Shown here: positions 30,354-39,350 of the stretch, in pieces
How positions within the stretch are numbered: the first letter of the stretch is position 1
How the letters are laid out: every line of letters starts with the position of its first letter
Assembly (NCBI GenBank): GCA_963803705.1
Contig: CAWDNU010000003.1
Coordinates: 327,564 to 391,563 of the forward strand
Source of the DNA: an uncultured Pseudobdellovibrionaceae bacterium
GTDB taxonomy: Bacteria > Bdellovibrionota > Bdellovibrionia > Bdellovibrionales > UBA1609
Reading direction: 5' to 3'
DNA: 64,000 bases
Notes under the pieces: model-generated
What the model was told of the DNA's origin: nothing
Databases searched by the model: none
What the model saw: only the letters and a program-made list of their open reading frames with translations
Program-made: the position numbers and the translations under genes

Positions 30354-30406
30354 CCAGTTTATGGTCTTTTGATTCTCTATAACTTAGATTTAAGGTGCAA
30401 GATATT

Positions 30407-31849
30407 TTACCATCTACAGTCCAGTAGGTTAGTCTGGTCCGGAATGTAACTGTAAGAGTATAACTTATAAAACCACCACGGCTTTCGTGTACCTAGATGG
30501 TTCCTTATATTATTTTGGTCTAGGTGAATTATATGATTATCTTCAACAAATTTAATTTCGAAATTTTCACCGGGGCGATTTTGTTCAAAGCTACGAAGCG
30601 CTACGAAAAGTCCTGACTTGCTCATCCAGTCGTTTTTCTTTCGACCGGCCATTAAAAACGACCTTGGTTTAACTGATTTGATCTGAATAAGCTTTTTATC
30701 ATGATCAAATAAGTTAAATTTTTTCATAAAGAAGTGGTTGTTATAGGGCCCTACAATTTTCAAGTTTGAAAACATGGTAAAGTTTCCAGAGGCTTTAAAT
30801 CCATAGTAAGGCATCATTGCGTAAACGCATAAAAGCAAGATTTGAAATGCTAACATCAGATCTAGTCTAATGAACCTATAACCAATTAAATCACTAACGG
30901 CCGAATCTGTGCCGCTATTGTATAGAAAATATGACAAAGCCAATATCAAAATCAAGCCTTGTAGAGTTTGAAGTTCGGTAGTGACTTCTAAAAATACGAA
31001 TCGACCAATTAAACATAAGGGTATAACGAAAATAGATGCTGAAAAATAAACTACAGAATTTTTGAACCACAACCCTGTGTTTTGCTTAAAGCCAGGCACA
31101 AACAGCAATAGGATTGCAAAAGCTAAAGAAGAGAAATCTGAAAAACCTCCTAGCGCTAGATAAGAATGGAGGAAGAACAAAAAATATAGACCATAAATTC
31201 TAGTTGATTTAAAAATTAGTAGTATTGGGCTTACTACTTCAATAATTCCCACCATATTAGGTGAGGTGTGGCTGATGATCCACGGAAGGTCAGATGTCTG
31301 TATTGATATAAAAAATCTTTTTAGCAATTTAACGTGGTACCAATTTGCGCAAGATTTAATAGGATCGTAGAAATCAAAGTTCAGCTTATGAAGAGCTGCC
31401 ATAATGTATACAGCGATCATGGCGCACAAAAGATAAATCCTGTAATTAATTAGATTGAGTCTAAATTTACCTCTTTTTAAAAAATTTATTATATAAATAC
31501 TAATAAATATAAAAGTTAAAAATGTACTTAGGGTAAAGTGGTTGGCACCTCTTGGCCATTCGTAAATGTAAATAGGTAGCATAGTTATAAGAAATATCGC
31601 AAAGAGCTGATTGATTCTAATAAGCCAATTAGAAAAACCTTTCAGATGGCTTCGACTTAAAGATTTTTTTGCACCTATTAGTAATCCTAAAAAAAAAATT
31701 AAGAATGCAAGCGTTAAGATCGCAGCTTCTGTGTGCGCTAGATACCTAAAGTTATGATAAACTAAAAAAGATAAATATAATAATATAAAACCAACATCAA
31801 AAAGTAAACTTTTAAGACCTTGATAAGAGTGCTTACTTTTTAAATTCAT
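30407..31849 (-). CDS. polytopic membrane protein, second HTTM-like candidate
   Basis: There are more than 10 TM segments. Motifs are AALHKLNFDFYDP and GNFTMFSNLK. Its architecture parallels 28724..29899 (a TM bundle plus a soluble C-terminal tail). Confidence 0.35.
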   Translation of the reverse strand: MNLKSKHSYQGLKSLLFDVGFILLYLSFLVYHNFRYLAHTEAAILTLAFLIFFLGLLIGAKKSLSRSHLKGFSNWLIRINQLFAIFLITMLPIYIYEWPRGANHFTLSTFLTFIFISIYIINFLKRGKFRLNLINYRIYLLCAMIAVYIMAALHKLNFDFYDPIKSCANWYHVKLLKRFFISIQTSDLPWIISHTSPNMVGIIEVVSPILLIFKSTRIYGLYFLFFLHSYLALGGFSDFSSLAFAILLLFVPGFKQNTGLWFKNSVVYFSASIFVIPLCLIGRFVFLEVTTELQTLQGLILILALSYFLYNSGTDSAVSDLIGYRFIRLDLMLAFQILLLCVYAMMPYYGFKASGNFTMFSNLKIVGPYNNHFFMKKFNLFDHDKKLIQIKSVKPRSFLMAGRKKNDWMSKSGLFVALRSFEQNRPGENFEIKFVEDNHIIHLDQNNIRNHLGTRKPWWFYKLYSYSYIPDQTNLLDCRW

Positions 31850-32613
31850 TTAGCTTGATTCAAATTCCAATTATAATTCATGTATCTAATTTTAATTTTT
31901 CTGGCTTCGGAGTTTTTACTTTTGGGCGAAAATTTATTAATCACTTTAAGAACACCATTACCCCATTTTTCGAAATCATCTTTGTACCAGTCGAAAATTT
32001 TTGAAACCGTATAAACGTTGTTTTTTGAATTGACTTGGTTTTTAGTTTTGTCGTTTAGCCACAACTTCATCTGTTGATCAAGCTGATCATCCAGCTTAGA
32101 ACCTAGATAGGGTTCAAATCTTAGGCTGGGGCAAGATATCGATGCACAGTTTACCGCGGCGTGAATTCTGTAGTCTTTGTATTTGGGACGGATCCATTTA
32201 TGTTCGATAGTATCTAAATTTTTTATTTGACCATCTAGCAAACTAAAAAAATTTTGTTTCCATGCGCTTTTAAAAAAAGTGCCTATCTCTTTAATACTTT
32301 TTAAAGGATAGTTATCTAGGATTAATTTTACAGTTAGAGCGTTATAAGCATTAATTAAAAATGCAAGTTGCTGGTTCTTGTTTAATTCACTAAACTCATT
32401 TCCTTTTAACTGCTGAATCGAGCTTATATACTTTACAAATTCGTGGTTCTTGTTCTCATTTACATCTTTTTTAAGGTCTTCGTATTTAAATAAGGCTTCA
32501 TCGGATAAATAATTTGATAGAACTGAGCCCCAAAGCGTGTGCTCGTGATCAAAAGCAACAGCATTCGAGCCTAATAGTAATAGTGCGGTAAAAACCAAAT
32601 GTTTAAATTTCAC
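31846..32613 (-). CDS. secreted DUF547-domain protein
   Basis: It has a signal peptide. The DUF547 signature is AFLINAYNALTVKLIL ... RIHAAVNCASISCPSLR. Confidence 0.7.
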   Translation of the reverse strand: MKFKHLVFTALLLLGSNAVAFDHEHTLWGSVLSNYLSDEALFKYEDLKKDVNENKNHEFVKYISSIQQLKGNEFSELNKNQQLAFLINAYNALTVKLILDNYPLKSIKEIGTFFKSAWKQNFFSLLDGQIKNLDTIEHKWIRPKYKDYRIHAAVNCASISCPSLRFEPYLGSKLDDQLDQQMKLWLNDKTKNQVNSKNNVYTVSKIFDWYKDDFEKWGNGVLKVINKFSPKSKNSEARKIKIRYMNYNWNLNQAK

Positions 32614-32827
32614 TTAAAACTCCTTATAACCAAACATAGCTAAGTATTTATGAAAGAAACTTCTTTTATAAATAATAGGTCAGCTAACAATAAATTTCTA
32701 GTTTTAAGAACACGATTTACTTTTAGTATGTATAGTAGCAAAAGACCAAAACCAAGTCCTTGACTACTTTTCTAAATATCATTGATTTCCTTGCAAATTA
32801 TTTTGTCTGGTACATGGCTGTACTTAT

Positions 32828-33592
32828 TTAGTAGTGTCTTACCGCAAATGTTTGAGTCATTCTGCTGCGACCGGAGCAACCAGTTCCACCATTAAGGCAA
32901 AAAGTGACACTAAAACACTCTGTGTGACTTCGAGTGCAATTTATAAAGTTAGAACCTACCTGTGTCGGAGCAGAATCAGTTGGCAGTTCAATTCTGGCTC
33001 CTGCTTCTGTAGTTGGCATCACAACAGTTCCCATTGCGTCCACCACAGGCGGTATATAAGTGGCAGCCTCTGTGTATTCACGCACAGGCTGCATGGCGCT
33101 GAAGGGGTCGTTAACGTTGCCACTTCCGCCATTATTTCCACCATTGCTTCCACCAATACTTCCACTATTGCTTCCACTACTGCTATAACTGGCATGCGCT
33201 GTTTTAATCATTTGGTTTATAGCGAACCTGTGTATAGATGGAGTGTTAAAGTTTTGAACTATGCTTTGCGAGCTAGAAATACAGATGTCTCTGCCTCGGG
33301 TCTGAGAGGAGTTAAAGCAATTGTCCGCATCTAAATTAACCCAGCATAGTTTTACCGGTGCAACTGCCGCTACATTTTGTAGCTCACGGCTTCCCACCGG
33401 GCAGCCAGAAAGCTGCTGGCCTAAATCGTAAGCAAGCTTCACAGTAGAACTTAAAGATTCTACCATTTCAATTTTTTGATACATCTCTTTGTAAGCTGAA
33501 CTTGTTTGTACCTTCTTCATATGAATATCGTTGATACTACTTATAATAAAACCATTTAAAGCTATTATCATGGCTACGAATGCGATTTGCAT
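32828..33592 (-). CDS. Cys-rich secreted or membrane-anchored protein with a pilin-like N-terminal hydrophobic helix but no G/F cleavage motif
   Basis: RBS is aagggag. The N-terminus is MQIAFVAMIIALNGFIISS. There is a Gly/Ser/Asn linker (SSSGSNSGSIGGSNGGNNGGSGN). The C-terminus is Cys-rich (NCTRSHTECFSVTFCLNGGTGCSG). Confidence 0.4.
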   Translation of the reverse strand: MQIAFVAMIIALNGFIISSINDIHMKKVQTSSAYKEMYQKIEMVESLSSTVKLAYDLGQQLSGCPVGSRELQNVAAVAPVKLCWVNLDADNCFNSSQTRGRDICISSSQSIVQNFNTPSIHRFAINQMIKTAHASYSSSGSNSGSIGGSNGGNNGGSGNVNDPFSAMQPVREYTEAATYIPPVVDAMGTVVMPTTEAGARIELPTDSAPTQVGSNFINCTRSHTECFSVTFCLNGGTGCSGRSRMTQTFAVRHY

Positions 33593-33876
33593 ATAAGCTC
33601 CCTTTAAAATCTTAATCCTACCAAATACTTATCGGCATAGGTCTAGGTTATATAAAAGATTTTTAAGGTCCTGATAGATTGGGTATCAAATTGGTACGAA
33701 CTGTTGCGCTCTTAAGAAGTAAGATCTACTGGCTGATTCATTTTAGAACAGCTGACAATTGAACTTGGAGATGGCGCTATTTTCCATGTGAGGTAATATA
33801 GCAGGCCCTGCAAATGAACTTTTTAGACTCATAGTTAGAACAGCTAAAAGTGTAAAAATAAATAACAAAATTTGTT

Positions 33877-34908
33877 CTATAAAACCCATTTTCTTCTCTT
33901 TTGATTAGTTCGTTGTCTAGTATCACCATTAGATCTTGAAGGTGCAATAGTGTTTTTAAATTTTGACTTCGAATCGACATGAAGTCTGGTAGTTTTATGT
34001 CCCATCTTGTAGTGGTGCCTGCAATTTTTAGAGCAGGTACGTATTGAAAGATCCCGAACATTTTTTTCTAAGCAGGTTTCACAAACCACGGTATCAATAC
34101 CGCATTGTGCGCATTTAAAAAAACTTATTTTCGCTGGCTGCCCACAATGATGGCAGAGCACGAATTTCAATGTTGGTTTTAAACTTTGATCCAGGGCGAC
34201 TCTGTGGTCAAAGACAAAGCACTCTCCCTGAAATTCATCTTCAGGAAACTGTTCAATATAGTTTAAAATTCCACCATCCAACTGGTAAACATTTTCAAAG
34301 CCTTGGTTAAGCATTTCAACTGAAGCTTTTTCGCACCTTATTCCACCCGTACAGTACATTAGAACTGGCTCTTTTTTATCAAGACCCATTTGCCTCACCA
34401 GATCAGGAAATTCTGTAAATTCATTCATGTCGCAATTTAAAGCAGTTTTGAATTTACCGATCTCCATCTCGTAGGTATTTCTAACATCTAAAACAGTTGG
34501 GTTTTTGCTTTTAATAAATAAATTCCACTCTTCAGGGCTTAGGCGGGATTCATTTCGTCCAGACAAGGGTTTCACATCGACTTTACCTAAGGTGACAATT
34601 TCCTTTTTAAATTTAACCTTGGTTCGTCTGAACGGCATGAAGTCAGATGTACTGTCTTTAAATTGTAAATCCATCACAGATCCAACACTACATAAAGATC
34701 TGACGTATTTTTTTAACATATCAAAACTAGAAGGCGAAAATGCAGCCAAAGTACCATTGAACCCTTCGTTTCCTATTAGTAACAAACCGTAAATCTGGTT
34801 GGCCGTGCACCATGACTCTATCTCATCGGATTTTTGTTTAAAATCGATGTCGCTAGGCCAAGTGAAGAAAAGGTAAAAAGAGGTAATATGAATTTTACTA
34901 GCGCTCAT
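33877..34908 (-). CDS. trhO: rhodanese-domain tRNA uridine(34) hydroxylase (UPF0176/YceA family)
   Basis: The rhodanese active-site loop is MYCTGGIRCEKAS. There is a C-terminal Cys cluster (CHHCGQP..CAQCG..CETC). The length is similar to E. coli YceA. Confidence 0.85.
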   Translation of the reverse strand: MSASKIHITSFYLFFTWPSDIDFKQKSDEIESWCTANQIYGLLLIGNEGFNGTLAAFSPSSFDMLKKYVRSLCSVGSVMDLQFKDSTSDFMPFRRTKVKFKKEIVTLGKVDVKPLSGRNESRLSPEEWNLFIKSKNPTVLDVRNTYEMEIGKFKTALNCDMNEFTEFPDLVRQMGLDKKEPVLMYCTGGIRCEKASVEMLNQGFENVYQLDGGILNYIEQFPEDEFQGECFVFDHRVALDQSLKPTLKFVLCHHCGQPAKISFFKCAQCGIDTVVCETCLEKNVRDLSIRTCSKNCRHHYKMGHKTTRLHVDSKSKFKNTIAPSRSNGDTRQRTNQKRRKWVL

Positions 34909-34961
34909 AACTGCGGTATCTTATGCGTAATCCGGGCGGTGTCAAATTAGATTGGACGCGA

Positions 34962-35864
34962 ATGAAACATAATACTTCACCATTAAGTTTAAATAATTTA
35001 ACTGTAAAATACGGTGATTTTGAAGCTGTAAAAAAATTAAATTTGAATCTCAAAAAAAGTGAGATCTTCGGCTTATTGGGGCCCAATGGCGCAGGCAAAA
35101 CATCTGCCATAGCTTGCTTAGTTTCTTTGGAAAAGCCATTTTCTGGTGAAATTGATGTTTTTGGTCATAGCCTGCAAAAAAAACCCTTAATTGTGAAGTC
35201 TTTGATCGGCTACGTTCCCCAAGAAGTGATCAATCATGGGTTTTTTAGTGTAATTGAAATTATGAAGTTTCATTCTGGGTACTACGGATTGGTTAGAAAT
35301 GACGACTATATCTTGTACATTCTAGAGCGTCTAAATCTTTTGGAACACAAACACAAGAAAGTAAAGCAGCTATCGGGTGGAATGAAAAGAAGGTTGATGA
35401 TAGCCAAAGCTTTGGTGCACAAACCGAAACTAGTTTTGTTGGATGAGCCAACCGCCGGCGTAGATATTGAGCTACGCAGTTCACTTTGGACATTTGTTAA
35501 AGAGCTTAAAGAAGAAGGGGTTACCATACTTCTTACTACTCATTATCTAGAGGAAGCCCAAGCTTTGTGCGATCGAATAGGGATAATTAATCACGGTGAA
35601 CTTTTGAAACTAGGCGATACTCAGTCGTTAATCGATGATTTGACACAAAGATTTCTGAAAGTTGAATTTAATAGATCTGTTCAAATAAAGCATAAGTTTT
35701 TACAATCAACAGAAAAAAATTCGGTGATTTTTAAAATGCCCTCGCAAACAAAAGTTGGGGACATCTTAAGGGATTTAGGTCCGCATCTATCAGATATTGA
35801 AGACATTCACCTTATTGAAGGAAGCTTAGAAGATGCTTTCAAAGTTATCCTTAGCTCTAAGTGA
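34962..35864 (+). CDS. ABC transporter ATP-binding protein (ABC-2 type exporter)
   Basis: Walker A is GPNGAGKTS, the signature motif is LSGGMKRR and Walker B is LVLLDEPTAGVD. The ORF-track start at 34923 is only 15 nt from the divergent trhO start, so the ATG at 34962 (MKHNTSPLSLNNLTVKYG) is preferred. Confidence 0.9.
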   Translation: MKHNTSPLSLNNLTVKYGDFEAVKKLNLNLKKSEIFGLLGPNGAGKTSAIACLVSLEKPFSGEIDVFGHSLQKKPLIVKSLIGYVPQEVINHGFFSVIEIMKFHSGYYGLVRNDDYILYILERLNLLEHKHKKVKQLSGGMKRRLMIAKALVHKPKLVLLDEPTAGVDIELRSSLWTFVKELKEEGVTILLTTHYLEEAQALCDRIGIINHGELLKLGDTQSLIDDLTQRFLKVEFNRSVQIKHKFLQSTEKNSVIFKMPSQTKVGDILRDLGPHLSDIEDIHLIEGSLEDAFKVILSSK

Positions 35865-35902
35865 TTTTTAAACAGCGGATTTTTAGATAAAGAAAGGTAA
35901 GT

Positions 35903-36688
35903 ATGGGTTTTTACAGTTTAGCATTTGCAACTCTAGTGCGCAGAGAAATACATAGGTATTTAAAAGTGTTGTTTCAAACAATTTTTACTCCACTTATTAA
36001 TTCGGTATTGTACCTGCTGATTTTTGGGGTGAGCTTAGGTGAAAGCATTAAATTAAAATCTGGGATCTCTTACTTAGCTTTTATTATTCCCGGTTTAGTT
36101 ATGATGTCATGTTTGAACAATGCATTTCAAAATTCATCTAGCTCGATAATTAGCGGAAAATTTAGTGGAGACATCGAGGACTGGAGAGTGGTGCCCCTGA
36201 CTAGCCATGGTATTATTGGTGCGCTTTGTGTCGGTGCTTTAACCCGGGGTCTGTTGGTGGCAAGCCTAACGCTTTTAACTGGCGAGCTCTTTTTCTACTT
36301 CACCTATGAAAAGTATTTACCAATAGCCAATCCTGCTTTATTTTTGTTGTTTTTAATTGTGGGTGGTTTAGTTTTTTCTTTGGTTGGAATTATGGTAGCT
36401 ATCTGGGCAAAGACTTTCGATGAGATGAGTGCAATTGGATCTTTAATTTTGACTCCGTTGATGTTTCTAGGAGGCGTCTTTTTTTCTTTAGAAAACTTAA
36501 GTCCTTTTTGGCAGAATCTATCTTTGTACAATCCGCTTCTTTACTTTATAAACGGGGTCCGCTTTTCTATTTTAGGTTTATCTGACGTATCACTTAGCAA
36601 ATCGCTTATTATTTCATTTATGAGCTTACTTTTTACTTTTCTAATAGCCAATTACGCAGTAACAAAAGGAAGCTTCAAAAGGTGGTAA
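35903..36688 (+). CDS. ABC-2 type transporter permease
   Basis: It has six TM segments and is 261 aa. It sits immediately downstream of the ATPase. Confidence 0.8.
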   Translation: MGFYSLAFATLVRREIHRYLKVLFQTIFTPLINSVLYLLIFGVSLGESIKLKSGISYLAFIIPGLVMMSCLNNAFQNSSSSIISGKFSGDIEDWRVVPLTSHGIIGALCVGALTRGLLVASLTLLTGELFFYFTYEKYLPIANPALFLLFLIVGGLVFSLVGIMVAIWAKTFDEMSAIGSLILTPLMFLGGVFFSLENLSPFWQNLSLYNPLLYFINGVRFSILGLSDVSLSKSLIISFMSLLFTFLIANYAVTKGSFKRW

Positions 36689-36691
36689 ATT

Positions 36692-38020
36692 ATGTTTGAG
36701 CAGCTCTCTGATAAATTGATGAATTCTCTTAAGTCACTTAAGGGGCAGGCCAAGATTACTGATAGTAATATCGAGTCAGCCCTTAAGGATATTAGAATGA
36801 GCTTCTTAGAAGCTGATGTTAATTTTAAAGTGGTAAAAACTTTTATAGATAATGTTAAAGCAAAGGCCATTGGTGAAAATGTTGTTAAAGGCATCAACCC
36901 AGATCAACAGTTTATAAAAATTGTGAACGACGAGTTGACGGACCTATTGGGTGGAGAAGCAGTTTTTATAGATCTTAAAAAAACACCTTCATATATTATG
37001 TTAGTCGGATTGCAAGGGGTCGGCAAAACCACTTCTGCTGCTAAACTTGCACTGCACATTAAGAAGAAATTTGGAAAACGCGTTGGACTAGTGCCACTAG
37101 ATGTTTATAGACCCGCTGCAATCGAACAACTAAAAACTTTAGCCCGCCAGGTAGATGTACCATGCTTTGATTCTGAGGCTTCTTGGAAGCCCAATGAAAT
37201 ATTAAAGAGTGCCCAAAGCTGGCGTCTAAAAGAGCAGCTGGATGTTTTAATTTTGGACACTGCAGGTCGACTGCAAATTGATGATAACCTGATGGCAGAG
37301 TTGACTGGTTTACGAGACGATATTAAGCCCCAAGAGATTCTTCTGGTGGCAGACGCAATGCTTGGTCAGCAGTCAGTAGAAGTAGCTAAAGGTTTTAATG
37401 ACAAACTAGGCTTAACGGGGCTTGTGCTAACAAAAGTTGATGGAGACGCCAGGGGCGGGGCAGCACTAAGTATTAGACATACAGTGGGTATACCCATCAA
37501 ATTTCTGGGGGTCGGCGAAAAGGTCTCGGCTTTGGAGGTTTTTCATCCCGAGCGTTTAGCATCTAGAATCCTGGATAGAGGAGACGTGGTAAGCCTAGTT
37601 GAAAGAGCCCAGGAAGTGGTTGGTGAAAAAGAAGCTAAAGCCACAGCAAGAAAGATGGCTAAAAACCAGTTCACTGTTCAAGACTTTTTAAAACAGATTC
37701 AGATGATGAAAAAAATGGGCGGAATGAGCCAAATCATGGGAATGCTTCCTGGTATGGGACAAATGAAAAAGCAAATGGAGGGCATGGCACCACCTGATAA
37801 AGAGATTAAGAAAATTGAAGCGATAATTCATTCTATGACCTTCAAAGAGCGAGACAATCATAAGATTTTGAATGGCTCTAGACGACTTAGAATAGCGAAT
37901 GGTTCTGGTACACAGGTTAGTGACGTAAACAAATTTATAAAGCAATTTGAGCAGTCGCAGAAAATGATGAGCTCTATGATGAAAATGGGTTTTGGTGGCA
38001 AGGGGAAATTACCGTTTTAA
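36692..38020 (+). CDS. ffh: signal recognition particle protein
   Basis: The NG domain has GLQGVGKTTSAAKLA, DTAGRL and TKVDGDARGG. The M domain is Met-rich (MMKKMGGMSQIMGMLPGMGQMKKQMEGM). Confidence 0.97.
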   Translation: MFEQLSDKLMNSLKSLKGQAKITDSNIESALKDIRMSFLEADVNFKVVKTFIDNVKAKAIGENVVKGINPDQQFIKIVNDELTDLLGGEAVFIDLKKTPSYIMLVGLQGVGKTTSAAKLALHIKKKFGKRVGLVPLDVYRPAAIEQLKTLARQVDVPCFDSEASWKPNEILKSAQSWRLKEQLDVLILDTAGRLQIDDNLMAELTGLRDDIKPQEILLVADAMLGQQSVEVAKGFNDKLGLTGLVLTKVDGDARGGAALSIRHTVGIPIKFLGVGEKVSALEVFHPERLASRILDRGDVVSLVERAQEVVGEKEAKATARKMAKNQFTVQDFLKQIQMMKKMGGMSQIMGMLPGMGQMKKQMEGMAPPDKEIKKIEAIIHSMTFKERDNHKILNGSRRLRIANGSGTQVSDVNKFIKQFEQSQKMMSSMMKMGFGGKGKLPF

Positions 38021-38114
38021 TGTCAATCAAACAATAATAATAGTCTTTTAAGTTGAATTTGGCAAATTTAAGAGTTAGATATCTTAGTTAATTACTTTTT
38101 AGGAGTCATTTTTT

Positions 38115-38366
38115 ATGGTCGTCATACGTTTAGCAAGAGTAGGTTCAAAACATAACCCTTTATATAGAGTCACAGTTGCTGACTCTAGATCCTCGTTGGG
38201 TGGAAAATTTATTGAAATAGTTGGTAATTACAATCCCTCTCCGTCTGGACAAGCAAAAGAGATAGTGTTGGATATGGAAAAAGTAAATTCCTGGATAGCG
38301 AAAGGTGCTCAGCCAACTTCTAGAGTAAAGTCGCTGATGAAAAAAGCGCAAAGCCAAACTGCTTAG
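38115..38366 (+). CDS. rpsP: 30S ribosomal protein S16
   Basis: The N-terminus is MVVIRLARVGSKHNPLYRVTVADSRS. RBS is aggag. Confidence 0.97.
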   Translation: MVVIRLARVGSKHNPLYRVTVADSRSSLGGKFIEIVGNYNPSPSGQAKEIVLDMEKVNSWIAKGAQPTSRVKSLMKKAQSQTA

Positions 38367-38479
38367 TGCAAGTTTTTTAAAACAAAAGATATTTACTTTG
38401 AGTGCCTTGACTTAGTTGGTATGACCCATAGAATCTCTGTTGAGTTATACAAAATTTATTCATATTGTAAGGGGATGTT

Positions 38480-38722
38480 ATGGATTTGAATTTGAAAGAT
38501 CTAGTAGAGTATATGGCAAAATCGTTGGTTGATTATCCGGAACAGGTTGTTGTCAAAGAAACAGTCGGTGAACAGACTACGGTGGTAGAGCTGAATGTAG
38601 CTAAAGAAGATTTAGGTAAAGTTATTGGCAAGCAGGGGCGCACAGCAAGATCCATGAGGACTATTTTAACAGCAGCCAGTACTAAACTACAAAAAAGAAG
38701 TGTATTAGAAATTGTTGAGTAA
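38480..38722 (+). CDS. khpA: KH-domain RNA-binding protein (YlqC/KhpA family)
   Basis: The KH GXXG motif is [16 protein letters not shown]. Length is 80 aa. It occupies the conserved position between rpsP and rimM. Confidence 0.8.
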   Translation: MDLNLKDLVEYMAKSLVDYPEQVVVKETVGEQTTVVELNVAKEDLGKVIGKQGRTARSMRTILTAASTKLQKRSVLEIVE

Positions 38723-38730
38723 AGAAAATA

Positions 38731-38804
38731 CCGGAAAAGCTCCAGCGAAGCGAGCTAGACAAGCTTGTAAAGGCCAGAAAAGCTCCAGCGAAGCGAGCTA
38801 GACA
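38731..38804. repeat. 31-nt direct repeat x2 (one mismatch, 43-nt period) in the khpA-rimM spacer
   Basis: The two copies are ccggaaaagctccagcgaagcgagctagaca at 38731-38761 and ccagaaaagctccagcgaagcgagctagaca at 38774-38804. Each contains a small hairpin, agctc-N9-gagct. Confidence 0.85.
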
Positions 38805-38834
38805 GCGGACCTCGCCCCATATATAAAAATCGGT

Positions 38835-39350
38835 ATGAAATTAAAATCTATTGGCAAAGTTTTAGATGCTCATGGGATCAAAGGCGAGCTAAAGGTTAAG
38901 CTGTTTAGTCACGAAACCGAGTGGCATTCGTCTTTTTTGGAAGCACATATCGATACTTTCCAATATCAAGTGTTAGCCTTAAGAGCCAATAAAAGCGTTT
39001 GGATTCTTAAATTAAAAGGCTTAGCTGATAGAAGCTCGGCGGAGCTGCTAAAAGGTAAAGAGCTTATGGCTTGCCAAACCCTTTTTCAGACTTCGGACAG
39101 CGAAGAGCCTTTCATGTCCGAGTTATTAGGCTTTAAGATTGATTTAAATGGAGAAAAAGTGGGCGTAGTTTTTTCTTTTAAAGAAACTTTGGCTCACTTT
39201 TCATTGGTGATAAAAAATGAGTCAGGTTTTTTTGAAGTGCCTTATGTAGACGAATTTTTGAAAAGTACAGACAGAAAAGCTAAAGTCCTATTTATGTCTT
39301 TTCCTACTGATTTGCTTTCAGATGACTTTAAGCTTAAAGATTCTAAGTGA
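38835..39350 (+). CDS. rimM: 16S rRNA processing protein RimM
   Basis: The N-terminus is IGKVLDAHGIKGELKVKLFS. A PRC-barrel-like C-terminus is present. It is in the conserved operon context. Confidence 0.9.
   Translation: MKLKSIGKVLDAHGIKGELKVKLFSHETEWHSSFLEAHIDTFQYQVLALRANKSVWILKLKGLADRSSAELLKGKELMACQTLFQTSDSEEPFMSELLGFKIDLNGEKVGVVFSFKETLAHFSLVIKNESGFFEVPYVDEFLKSTDRKAKVLFMSFPTDLLSDDFKLKDSK

Noticed and set aside
33628-33636. GCCGATAAG (minus strand), resembling the sigma-28/FliA -10 element. Related CCGATAAG/CCGATAC copies lie upstream of other minus-strand genes (27313-27321, 21971-21979, 46712-46720).
   Set aside because: None of the copies has a TAAA -35 element at the required ~15-nt distance. 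One copy is only 10 nt from its start codon. The core is short enough to recur by chance in 64 kb, so it would need a genome-wide motif analysis before any claim.
33692-33708. TGGTACGAACTGTTGCG, a sigma-54-like motif on the plus strand
   Set aside because: The GG-to-GC spacing is N11 instead of N10. It also points into the 3' end of the minus-strand trhO gene, with no plus-strand gene downstream.
33777-34061. 94-aa minus-strand ORF overlapping the 3' end of trhO
   Set aside because: It overlaps the well-supported trhO frame by about 185 nt. It has no RBS and no recognisable domain.
38731-38804. Possible CRISPR array
   Set aside because: There are only two repeat copies separated by a 12-nt spacer. 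No further repeats or cas genes are present. I saw no CRISPR array anywhere in the window.
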